NCBI GenBank assembly: GCA_000165345.1
Contig: CM000434.1
Location: 736,001 to 800,000, forward strand
DNA length: 64,000 nt
Direction: 5' to 3'
In this document: one piece after another, positions 53,249-63,323 of the stretch
Layout: every line of letters starts with the position of its first letter
How positions within the stretch are numbered: position 1 is the stretch's first letter
Program-made: the position numbers and the translations under genes
The notes under the pieces: generated by a model
Database searches by the model: none
Told to the model about the DNA's origin: nothing
What the model saw: the letters and a program-made list of their open reading frames with translations, nothing else

Positions 53249-56200
53249 ATGAGTTGTGGGAATAAGTACTTTTGGAATTTGGAAGGGCGTGATCCTGCAT
53301 TAGCTTTATTGGACTTATTTGAAAATGGTAAAAAATATAATTCTTTGGAAACATTAGTGGATTTCTTATCAAAAAACATTGTTTTGCTTGAAAACATGAA
53401 AAACAACTCAAATTCTAAAAAGGAAGGCTTATTCAATTTCTTATTTTTGTTTCAAAAGCTTAATGGAAGACCAACGGAAAATGAGAATCTAGAGCCCGTA
53501 CCATTACTCTCTTTAGATTTGAAGCTTGCAGATACAATACTTGTGCAGAAAGCTCTATTAAAGGATCTAGTATTTCTACTAGGCAACAGAGAGTTTGATG
53601 TATTTAGGAGACTATATAGTCTTTTAATCAAATTTGCTCCTTTAGATTTGAAGGATCTAATCAGCATTGAAAAGAATCATGGTTCAATGATATGTATTTA
53701 TTTCACAATTTATTTTTCCATATTGTTGAATATATTTGGATACGAGAATATTGGAGAATTTAGAAAAGGAGAGGAAATTGAGGAGCTAAAATTAAATTGG
53801 ATTAATAAATTTGTTTCTCAAATAAATGATTTACTGGATTACTTTATTGATAAGAAAACCAATCTTTTGAGAATTACGGATATTAACAATGACTGCTTAA
53901 TACTAATCTTTGCATTAATCCTTTATTTGATAATTTCTATTATCGATATAGGAAGTGATAAGATGACTGAATTTAAATTAGTAATCATAAAATTAATAAA
54001 GATTCAGCTAAGTAATTTAATGTTCAATTATTGGTATTTGAAGATTCTATTGATTATTATTGAAAGAATTGGCATGGATTTGACAGTTTCTGAATTAGTA
54101 TTGGTTGTTCTTCAATATCAAAAATTCATTGGTGAACAATCTATTAAGATAGAAAATAATAGTTTCGACAAATCAATGAATAAATTGGGAGTATTTGAAG
54201 TTCATATTGTTACTCACTTATGTAGAACATGGGTGGTTAAAGAAATAACTCTCAAAAAACAGCTTATGGAGTTTGTTGAACAATTTATTTTTACATATGG
54301 AAAATTGAAAGAAAAGAAATTTGATGATTATTTTTTGAAAAAAGAAGATGATTTATCAATGTTGGATCCGATTAATATTGTCTTTATAAAGTTAGTAAGC
54401 TTGTTTTCCAAAGCATTTGGAGTTTTTATGACGGGAATTGATAAAGAAGAATACAAAAATAAAGAAATGTCAGATTCAAAAGAAATTGACAGTCTGGTTC
54501 TGCTTAATTTATTGGAAGAACTTCTACAAGGAAAAAGGTCCCAAAAAATATGTGGATTGATTCTATTTGATTCAATAAGAATGCTTGTCAGTGTTTTAAC
54601 AATCGTTGTTGACCATCGAAATTTTGAAAGTGAAAATTATGATATAAAGAGAGAAATTATTCAAAATGATCTTGTCATCGTTAACTTACATAAGGGAGGA
54701 TGGAATTTGAAGGCTTACAAATGCATTGACTTAATTGAAAAATTATTTGAAGTCATCACTCATTTGATTATAAGATACAAAGAAGATTATAAAGAGTTGA
54801 ACAATTCTGTTAATACAATTTCTTCTGTTTCTTCTTCATCAACAGGCTCAATATTTAAGACAACTAGTTTTGACATTTCATTATTCCTGATAGTTTGGAA
54901 AAATTATGTGACTCTAATAACAAGAAAGGAATACAGAAATGATCAAATCATACTCAATAAATCCATTCATCTTATTTCTTTATATCTTGTTAGTAGAAAA
55001 TACAAATTGGATATCCTATGTGAGATTACATTTCCAATCAGTGAATATAGTGATAATTTACCAATATTATTGGATGAAAGGTATTCTGATTTGATTGACT
55101 TATGGACCATTTTATGGAGGAATTATTTGAATGAAAACATTCATCTCTTTTACAATAAGAGAGATGAAGTAGAAAATATTTTCACAGTTCCAAATATCAA
55201 TTACTTTTTTGAGTATCTAAGAATTTTGGATCAAGTTATTACACTAAATAATGGAATCTCATCTCCGGGTTTGGCCTTAAGTGATAAAGAATCTATGCAT
55301 GCTCAGAAATTCACCACCAAGGTACTTGAACTTACTGGAATTATATCAAGTATTTTAATTTGCCACAAAATTGTTCATTCTTCTGATAGGCATAATACTC
55401 TAATGGCAATACTTTCAGCTTCAGAAAATCCTAGAATAATGTCTGAATACATTTATAAACAAGCTACTAATTCTCTTCAGTTTGACGGTGCATATATATA
55501 CAATTGTCTAAAATTCTTCAGAGAAAAATGGAGTTCCAGTATTAAAATTCGAGTATTTTCACTCATTTCAGACTTATATATTTCTATTATGAAACAGAGC
55601 CTTTTTCAGTTTATTCAATGCTTGTTAAGCAATTTTTCAGTCAGAGGAGGAATTTTTGAGAAAAGTTTTGCTCTTTTCAAAATACGTGGGATGAGAGGAA
55701 TCATTTCCGAAGAAGACTTTGAAGTTCTTCAACAAAAGTTGACAAATATTTTTTCGTACTCGAATTCTGATTTAGATGGGGACTTGACTTCATCTCTAAT
55801 TAAAAATGAGATATTTTTTGGATGCTATTCTATTGATCTCTATTACACAATAAATAATATTCAAAAAGGGTGGCAGAGTCCTTCATTATCTATTACCCCA
55901 TCTTCTCCCAAGACATTTCTAAATAAGAAAAGACACTCATCATTAATGATTACAGATTCAGAAGATGTATATTCTATTATTAACCGATTAAACCCACTAT
56001 TTGATCAACTGATCAATGATGATGATTATTTAAAGTTATTCATGGATACTGTGGGTGAAATTAGTAAATGCTACTTTTACTTTCTATTTGAAAATAAAAG
56101 TTCTGATAGTGGAGGAAGAAGCTTAATCGATCAGATCTCAAACTTTTCTACAATATTTGGTGTCAAATTTGAAGACGAAAAGTTCATGGCAAGTATGAAC

Positions 56201-59200
56201 TTAAAGAATGAGCTATTAAAGAATGTTAATTATTCCAATCCAACAGAGGAGGTGATTGTGGAGAGATTCAACTATAAATTCTATTCTCAACTAATAATCA
56301 GGATGATATACTTATGCACATGGATGATTGTGGATAATAATTATGAGTCTTATAAATCGTTATCTGATTTATTTGCTGAGAAAATACTAAATGGACTTTT
56401 TGGAATATCTAATGAAGGTGGGAATGATACATTTTCATACAAGTCCAGCCAAGGAAATGATCAATTTGATAGGTTTAAAAGTTCACTGACTGATTATTAT
56501 GTCTTAGAACACTATACAAAGTTTGTATGTATTATTTGGTCAATAATTTCCTCAATGGATCCAGAGTCTATTTTTAAGAGTTACATTAAAATTCTTGAAA
56601 GGGAATCTTTATCGTATTATCAGCTTTATATTTTACTAGTTTTTCTAATTGAAAGTTCTGACTGGTTTATTCATCATGGCTATTTCCAGCATATTAATTT
56701 ATTAAAGATATTAAGACAGGTGGAATTAATGACTTGTTTATCGTCAGCATATTTACAGGTAAAAGATGAAAATAAGGAAAAAACATCTCAAATAAACTCT
56801 TCAGACTTACACTTGAAGATTTTATTGGTTTGCTTGATTCAGAAATCGATAACAGTAGAAATATCAAAAGAAGTACCTTTAGAGTATTATAAGAAGAAAC
56901 ATCCAACAATTTCAAAGACCAATCACAATGATTTGGATATTCCACAGATAAGGATATACAAATTTAATAATAAATTTAATCAAAGAGATGCGTACATTAA
57001 TGGAGGAAGGTCGATGATAAGTACCTCATACTTCCTTTCATGCCGAATATTGCCGTATTTATGGTCATTTTATGAAAGTTACCCAACTTATAAAGATATT
57101 TATACGAGATTATTGCAATCTTCTACACAACTTACAACTTATTTGGATAATTTATGCATAAATCTATATGAAACGAAGAATTGGCAAGGAATGATGAACA
57201 ATTTCAATAATGTACATTTAGAATCTTCAGTTGAAATATATGATAACAGACTAATACCTTATAATCAATATATTGTTTTAGAGTATATTTGGGAATATTT
57301 TATTAATGGAAATACGATGATTTTAATTGAAAAATACGTCTCAGCATTGATATTTTCGATATATAGCTCAAAAAAAGTGGGATTCTTTGAAGTCTGGTTA
57401 TTATTATCTTTATGGAAGAGGTATCCAGCTAGGATATATAGACATATGATGAAGACTAGTAGCACTTGGATTGTTCCATTTTTAATGGATCATCTAATTC
57501 ACTATTCTATTTTGGTTAAAAACAATTATATCGGAATTTCTTCACCAGAGAATGATTTAATCCGCGTTTTTAATAACATTGAGTTGGAAAATACATTTTC
57601 ATTCTTGTTGTATCATTACCATCCACAATATTATCATGATAGAATGAGTGGTAAATATTTCTGGTATAATGCAAGTAGTGAGCAAGGTTATTTGAATAAG
57701 ATTAATTCTCATAATACTGAGATTAAAGGATTAGTGATGAATTGCAGATACACTCAGGGAAATCATCAATTAGTATTACAGTTCCACGATTATTTACATT
57801 ATATTGGTCATTCACTTCCATTCCCAGTGGTAATTTACTTATTAAGTAATCAATTTTCATCAGAAAAAAAGAAGTTCATGTCAAATTCACATCATTTTCA
57901 CAATTATTTCCATCATAATCTATATACAAGCACTTTAATTGTTTGGAGTTGTGTTAGGTCGTTATTATTATCTCAAGAATCTGAATGGGAGTTATTGTTA
58001 CTACAATATATGGAAATTATTAAAAGTAACAAAAGAAATAACCAGTTGGTATTAACTGGCTTGTTAGATATGGCATTAAAAAGCACAAGGTTCTCTCAAA
58101 TATTGTGTATATACACCAATAATCCTAATTCACCAATAATGAATATATTTCAAAAAAGTTTATTTAAAGAGTGTGACTTTTTATTAACTTGCAAAAGCAT
58201 GAAAAGTTCTGAGGAAAATATTGAAAGGAATGAAGAAGATCAAAATATGAATGGGAGATATGAAAAAAGAAATAGTTCAGAAATTCATGGAAAAGGTGTT
58301 ATAAATCGTCTAAGAACAGTTCAGGATAGTATGGAGGGATTGAACTTGAGAATGTCAAGTGTCTCTTCCTTGATTAATAAATGTTTTGATACTATATCAG
58401 AGACTTCAGAAAACTTGAATAGATCTAGTCTAAATATATTACAATTTGAAAATAAAAAACATTCTTTGGCAAATGTTCAGTTTTCCTTCTTTTATATACT
58501 TTGTCAGCTTGGTGAGATGGCAAAGTATAGGAATAGAAAAGAAGGAGGATTAGGTTTACCTATAGAAGAAGATGATAACCCTTCAGCTTTAATAGGAAGA
58601 TTAAATTCAAAAGAGATTGCACAATTAAAGTCAGAGATTGCTCAAGATTTATTAGCAAAGATTGAAAACGTGATACAGAGGAGGGAATACAAAAATGTTC
58701 CCTTTTTGAATACAAACATGTTAAAATCGTCTGAAAACAAAACAAAACTTTTATCAATAAAGAAGATTAACAAGCTTAAAATACTTCAAAGTGCTAAGAA
58801 TATTCCATATTTACTTTCACTACAACTAACAGATCATAATTCAGATAACCAGGACACATTAGTAGATATTCCAAAAACAGAACCTGAACAAGACTATGAA
58901 ATGACCATTAATTTGATCGTGAAATGTAATGATGATTGCCGCCAGGATGTAATAACTATGCAATACATACATGTTTTTCAAAAGATTTTTGAATTGTATA
59001 ATATTCCTGTATGGCTATACCCATATAGAATTCTACCAATGATGTTCAAGGATATTAACAATTCAGTAATATATGGAGGGATAATTGAGTTCATTGAGGA
59101 GAGCATTTCTCTACATGAGATTCATGAACTTCATTCTGAAGGTGGACTCAAAGCCTATTATGAATCTACTTTTGGTGGTAAGAATAGTCATATTAAAAGA

Positions 59201-59725
59201 TTAGAAAATGATAACAGTGTTAGTTATGAACAAGCCAGATACAATTTTATCTCAAGTTTGGCAGGATATTCTATAGCTTGTTATGTCTTGCAGATCAAAG
59301 ATCGACATAATGGAAATATTTTAATCACAAAGAATGGGCATATAATACACATTGACTATGGATTTATTTTTGATATTTCTCCAGGAAACAATTTACATTT
59401 TGAAAGAGCAGCTTTTAAGGTAACTCAGGAGATGTTAGATTTCATGGATGATCAGGTAGACTTATTTGATGATCTTTGCTTGTCTGGCTTTTTAGCTGTA
59501 AGAGAACATGCAGATTTATTGCTATCTTTAACACAGATGTTGATAAATAGTGGTATTCCATGTTTTCGTGGTGAAACAATCAAGAAACTTAAGGAAAGAT
59601 TACTGCTAAATTTTTCGCAACAGCAGGCATCAAATATATTCTCAAAGAAGATTCACTCAGCTCATAATCATATTACGACTAAAGGATATGACCTCGTACA
59701 GTTTATCCAACAGGGAATTAAGTAA
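53249..59725 (+). CDS. Phosphatidylinositol 4-kinase, Stt4/PI4KIIIalpha-like (2158 aa)
   Basis: C-terminal PI3/PI4-kinase catalytic domain ('…FIVKCNDDCRQDVITMQYIHVFQKIF…', 'GYSIACYVLQIKDRHNGNILITKNGHIIHIDYGFIF', 'PFKVTQEMLDFM'). The very long helical N-terminal region is typical of Stt4. Confidence 0.8.
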   Translation: MSCGNKYFWNLEGRDPALALLDLFENGKKYNSLETLVDFLSKNIVLLENMKNNSNSKKEGLFNFLFLFQKLNGRPTENENLEPVPLLSLDLKLADTILVQKALLKDLVFLLGNREFDVFRRLYSLLIKFAPLDLKDLISIEKNHGSMICIYFTIYFSILLNIFGYENIGEFRKGEEIEELKLNWINKFVSQINDLLDYFIDKKTNLLRITDINNDCLILIFALILYLIISIIDIGSDKMTEFKLVIIKLIKIQLSNLMFNYWYLKILLIIIERIGMDLTVSELVLVVLQYQKFIGEQSIKIENNSFDKSMNKLGVFEVHIVTHLCRTWVVKEITLKKQLMEFVEQFIFTYGKLKEKKFDDYFLKKEDDLSMLDPINIVFIKLVSLFSKAFGVFMTGIDKEEYKNKEMSDSKEIDSLVLLNLLEELLQGKRSQKICGLILFDSIRMLVSVLTIVVDHRNFESENYDIKREIIQNDLVIVNLHKGGWNLKAYKCIDLIEKLFEVITHLIIRYKEDYKELNNSVNTISSVSSSSTGSIFKTTSFDISLFLIVWKNYVTLITRKEYRNDQIILNKSIHLISLYLVSRKYKLDILCEITFPISEYSDNLPILLDERYSDLIDLWTILWRNYLNENIHLFYNKRDEVENIFTVPNINYFFEYLRILDQVITLNNGISSPGLALSDKESMHAQKFTTKVLELTGIISSILICHKIVHSSDRHNTLMAILSASENPRIMSEYIYKQATNSLQFDGAYIYNCLKFFREKWSSSIKIRVFSLISDLYISIMKQSLFQFIQCLLSNFSVRGGIFEKSFALFKIRGMRGIISEEDFEVLQQKLTNIFSYSNSDLDGDLTSSLIKNEIFFGCYSIDLYYTINNIQKGWQSPSLSITPSSPKTFLNKKRHSSLMITDSEDVYSIINRLNPLFDQLINDDDYLKLFMDTVGEISKCYFYFLFENKSSDSGGRSLIDQISNFSTIFGVKFEDEKFMASMNLKNELLKNVNYSNPTEEVIVERFNYKFYSQLIIRMIYLCTWMIVDNNYESYKSLSDLFAEKILNGLFGISNEGGNDTFSYKSSQGNDQFDRFKSSLTDYYVLEHYTKFVCIIWSIISSMDPESIFKSYIKILERESLSYYQLYILLVFLIESSDWFIHHGYFQHINLLKILRQVELMTCLSSAYLQVKDENKEKTSQINSSDLHLKILLVCLIQKSITVEISKEVPLEYYKKKHPTISKTNHNDLDIPQIRIYKFNNKFNQRDAYINGGRSMISTSYFLSCRILPYLWSFYESYPTYKDIYTRLLQSSTQLTTYLDNLCINLYETKNWQGMMNNFNNVHLESSVEIYDNRLIPYNQYIVLEYIWEYFINGNTMILIEKYVSALIFSIYSSKKVGFFEVWLLLSLWKRYPARIYRHMMKTSSTWIVPFLMDHLIHYSILVKNNYIGISSPENDLIRVFNNIELENTFSFLLYHYHPQYYHDRMSGKYFWYNASSEQGYLNKINSHNTEIKGLVMNCRYTQGNHQLVLQFHDYLHYIGHSLPFPVVIYLLSNQFSSEKKKFMSNSHHFHNYFHHNLYTSTLIVWSCVRSLLLSQESEWELLLLQYMEIIKSNKRNNQLVLTGLLDMALKSTRFSQILCIYTNNPNSPIMNIFQKSLFKECDFLLTCKSMKSSEENIERNEEDQNMNGRYEKRNSSEIHGKGVINRLRTVQDSMEGLNLRMSSVSSLINKCFDTISETSENLNRSSLNILQFENKKHSLANVQFSFFYILCQLGEMAKYRNRKEGGLGLPIEEDDNPSALIGRLNSKEIAQLKSEIAQDLLAKIENVIQRREYKNVPFLNTNMLKSSENKTKLLSIKKINKLKILQSAKNIPYLLSLQLTDHNSDNQDTLVDIPKTEPEQDYEMTINLIVKCNDDCRQDVITMQYIHVFQKIFELYNIPVWLYPYRILPMMFKDINNSVIYGGIIEFIEESISLHEIHELHSEGGLKAYYESTFGGKNSHIKRLENDNSVSYEQARYNFISSLAGYSIACYVLQIKDRHNGNILITKNGHIIHIDYGFIFDISPGNNLHFERAAFKVTQEMLDFMDDQVDLFDDLCLSGFLAVREHADLLLSLTQMLINSGIPCFRGETIKKLKERLLLNFSQQQASNIFSKKIHSAHNHITTKGYDLVQFIQQGIK

Positions 59726-60138
59726 ATCAATACTTAGAGTATTTTTGGATATTATTTTCCGCACAATTTGAAGCCTCCATTTTTCCTTTAAGGAAAATAT
59801 TAACAAATTGATAAAGGTACCGAATTTCAAGATCACTTGGCGCCAAGTTGGCGCCGAGAAACACTACGAGTTAATTGAGGATGTATTAAGAAAAAAAAAA
59901 GTCAGAGATAAGAGGAAGTAATTGTTATTATTATTTAATATTGCATTTATTGGATTAAAATAATTGAAATAAAGGTATCTATTATATAAATTGGAATCTA
60001 ATTAACAAAAATAAGGTATTAAATAGTGAAGGAATACCTAGTCAATATTAAGTAGACAAGGGGGGAAGGATTTGAAATAATACATAAGCTGATTTCATAA
60101 GGTAAATAGTGAATAGAATAGAAGAACTTTAGAGATAT

Positions 60139-63078
60139 ATGATAGACTCGAACCAACAACAGAATGGTTTACCTTCCACATTTTTTGGTCAGTCTGGGAT
60201 AGGGTATAAAATATGTGATCGACTTGGAGCAGGAAGCGCTTCGGTGGTTTTCAGATGTAAATCTGTGGGAAGAGTTAGAGAAGATGGAATAATGGTACCT
60301 ATTGATGAGGAATATTTTGCTGTGAAAATTATTGATATGAAGTCGATATATTTGACTCCAGATTTTATGGATAAAAAGAACAGGTTATTAGAAGAAGCAA
60401 TGATATTACACAAATTAAGACATCCAAATATTGTAAGCTTGGTTGATTTTTCTGATTCTGGTGATACATTTTACTTGGTTATGGATTTAGTTGAAGGGGG
60501 AGAGCTTTTTTACAAGATTGTAGAACATGGTTCACTATCAGAATCAAGTGCAAGATTTATATTAAAACAAGTTGTTGAAGCTTTGATATATATGCATCAA
60601 AAGGAAATAATTCACCGTGATTTGAAACCTGAGAACATTTTGATTGAAAAGTCATATCCTGGGGAGTATTTTGTAATTAAAGTAGCAGATTTTGGAGTTG
60701 CAAAGTTTTTAAGGCAAGGATATACACAAGCAAGAACTTTGGTTGGGACACCACAATATTGGGCTCCTGAGGTGTTAAGCGCCTCTAATAGTGGAGAATC
60801 TTATGGTACTGAGGCTGATTTATGGTCTTTGGGGGTCTTATTTTATGTAATGCTTGGCGGAGCTTTTCCATTTGATGAAAGAAAAGGCAATTTAGAGCGT
60901 TTAATTAGAGAAGGAAATTATCATTTCAGATATCCTCGATTTAAGAGGGTTAGTGAGCAAGCTAAGCAATTGATTAGGAGACTGTTAACAGTTGATCCAA
61001 GTCAGAGGATGACTCTTTCTGAGTTAAAAAATGATCCTTGGATGAAAATTAAGTGTGAAAATGAGCCAAATATGGCAGACATACAAGATAATATTGGCTC
61101 TCCTCTTCCTGAGAGACATGAAATCGTACTATTTAAATCAATGGAAGATGCTAATAATACAACTTTTAGCAAAGCTATTACTAAAAAAGAGACTATAAAG
61201 ATGATTGAGACAGCTGAGAATGGTAAAGGTTTTTCAATTCAAAATAAATCTATCAACTCATCAAAAACATCATCAATTATGGACATTAATAGCTTGTTAG
61301 ATCTTCAATTAAGTGTTGCATATAAGCTACATGGAATTTATATTGCTTTTAGACATAATTCAGCAATTTGTAGAGTAATTCAGCAACACATTCACAAGTG
61401 GAGAATATTACAACAAAGATCTTATATAGCAATTGGGAAGTTTAAACAAACTTGTGAATCTGTATTGGATGAACTTCCTGATTTTTTATTAGCAGTTAAC
61501 ACAAATGAGCCAAAGCTTGCAATTGAGTTGTTATCGCATGTCAAAAGTTTAGTAGATGTAACACAAAATGATGTTGAAGATATTCAAAGCTCTTACAACA
61601 ATTTTTTATTTGAATTATCCAATTTTGTGGAATCTGTGAGAGATATTAAAAGAATTACAGAGACAAGTGTTAATGCTATTCCATATGAAGCCAATAAAGA
61701 AACATACGAAACGGAAGTAAGAGATCAATCATCATCTTTAACAGGAGGTGGTAGTTCTTCAATGAATTTGGATAGAAATAAAGAAGGATTATATGATTCT
61801 CGAGCAAGGAGTGATTTTGATTCTTCTTCAATGGATATAAGTTCAAATGGCTTTAACACAAATGAAAGTGTGAGTTTTTCAAGATCCGGATCAAATATTA
61901 TGAGTAATTCAAACGGTATTGGCAATGGAATTAAAAGTGAATTTGATCCAAGTATATTTATTGGTTATAATTCAGCAAGGGATAGAGTAATAAGAAAGAT
62001 TACAGATATATTCTTAAATTCAGAAATTAATGCTTTATTTGATAATTTAGAGAATGAAGATCCAAGTTCAAAGATTACAGATATAGGTGGAGAAGGGAAT
62101 GTTACTACTATGGGGGGGGTACCGGCTGAGGAATTTAACAGTAATAATTTATCATCAGATTTATCAATACAGGTTCATGGAAAGTCTCAATTTAATCAAA
62201 ATTCATCATATATTACTACTTCTTTGGCAAGTACAAGAGACTTACTTTTAGATTTCTTGTTTCTCCCTGCTAGTATATGTAATGTTCCTCCAACAGGAGT
62301 TGAATCCCTACTACAGGAAGGAGTGGATTTTGATCTTCCAATCTTGTCAAATTTTGAAATAACACCAGAAAAACTTAATAGCTTGGGAAGAGATTATGAA
62401 GGTGGAGGTTCTTCCGGGGGTGGTTCTGTTGAAGATATGGCGAATGTTAATATGTATAGAATTGACAGAGTTCATACTAATAGCAATGGTTCAGAATTCT
62501 CATCTAAATCTGGAGCAAAGAAAATCAATTCTACAGAAAAAATAGATTCTCAAATGGCAACAGAAGAGTGTAAGAATGGTGTGGAAAATAGATTAGAAGA
62601 ATCAATGATGGGATCAATGTCTAGTGGATTTGATTCTTTCACAGAAAAAGGTGGATACGCAATTCCAGGCTCAAATTCATCTACAATTTATGAACAAAGT
62701 GTTATAAAGAGGAGGAGTGAGAATCAGCTAAAGATTTCTTACATATTGGTAAGAGTTTTGGCTCAACTTAGAATGATTGAGAGTATACTAGGAAGATGCG
62801 TAGCTTTTTGGGGTAATATGAATATTATGATAGAGAAGATTTTACAGCTAAGGCAACATGCTGAAAGACTTTTAGGGTTTACAGGAAATCCCGTATTAAG
62901 AACAAGGTTTGACGAAAGGGTTGAATCATATAGAGAATTCTGGCAAGAGTTAAGAGATATTTGTGATTCCTACCTTCGCTCATCTCAAATTAGGCAACTA
63001 AGCCTTGAGAATCAGGTTCATGAGCTGCTTGATGCCGCCTCTAAAGTGGATACAGTTTTCAATATGAATATGAAATAA
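60139..63078 (+). CDS. Ser/Thr protein kinase (CAMK-like catalytic domain) with a long Ser/Asn-rich C-terminal region
   Basis: GxGxxS loop (LGAGSASVV), VAIK-like 'FAVKII', HRDLKPENILI, DFGVAK, GTPQYWAPE. The domain occupies ~aa 20-300 and the C-terminal 680 aa have no recognised domain. Confidence 0.8.
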   Translation: MIDSNQQQNGLPSTFFGQSGIGYKICDRLGAGSASVVFRCKSVGRVREDGIMVPIDEEYFAVKIIDMKSIYLTPDFMDKKNRLLEEAMILHKLRHPNIVSLVDFSDSGDTFYLVMDLVEGGELFYKIVEHGSLSESSARFILKQVVEALIYMHQKEIIHRDLKPENILIEKSYPGEYFVIKVADFGVAKFLRQGYTQARTLVGTPQYWAPEVLSASNSGESYGTEADLWSLGVLFYVMLGGAFPFDERKGNLERLIREGNYHFRYPRFKRVSEQAKQLIRRLLTVDPSQRMTLSELKNDPWMKIKCENEPNMADIQDNIGSPLPERHEIVLFKSMEDANNTTFSKAITKKETIKMIETAENGKGFSIQNKSINSSKTSSIMDINSLLDLQLSVAYKLHGIYIAFRHNSAICRVIQQHIHKWRILQQRSYIAIGKFKQTCESVLDELPDFLLAVNTNEPKLAIELLSHVKSLVDVTQNDVEDIQSSYNNFLFELSNFVESVRDIKRITETSVNAIPYEANKETYETEVRDQSSSLTGGGSSSMNLDRNKEGLYDSRARSDFDSSSMDISSNGFNTNESVSFSRSGSNIMSNSNGIGNGIKSEFDPSIFIGYNSARDRVIRKITDIFLNSEINALFDNLENEDPSSKITDIGGEGNVTTMGGVPAEEFNSNNLSSDLSIQVHGKSQFNQNSSYITTSLASTRDLLLDFLFLPASICNVPPTGVESLLQEGVDFDLPILSNFEITPEKLNSLGRDYEGGGSSGGGSVEDMANVNMYRIDRVHTNSNGSEFSSKSGAKKINSTEKIDSQMATEECKNGVENRLEESMMGSMSSGFDSFTEKGGYAIPGSNSSTIYEQSVIKRRSENQLKISYILVRVLAQLRMIESILGRCVAFWGNMNIMIEKILQLRQHAERLLGFTGNPVLRTRFDERVESYREFWQELRDICDSYLRSSQIRQLSLENQVHELLDAASKVDTVFNMNMK

Positions 63079-63248
63079 TCCCAATATTTTGGTACGAGTG
63101 CTCTATGACTGTACCGTTGCCATTAATAAAACTACGACCACTTTTTACCTTCCTGCAATTCTAATAATAATAAATGAATAAATAATAATAGTAATTAGTG
63201 TTTATAATAGAATTAATTATTTTCTAAATTGCATAGTTTCTTTGTTTT

Positions 63249-63268
63249 GCATGCATGCATGCATGCAT
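63249..63268. repeat. (GCAT)5 microsatellite followed by an E2F-like box TAGGCGGGAAAC (63281-63292)
   Basis: 'gcatgcatgcatgcatgcat', in the convergent 3'–3' junction between the kinase and the partial minus gene. Confidence 0.6.
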
Positions 63269-63323
63269 GGGACAGAAAAATAGGCGGGAAACAAGTTATA
63301 ATAAGAATTATTAAAGATTTACA

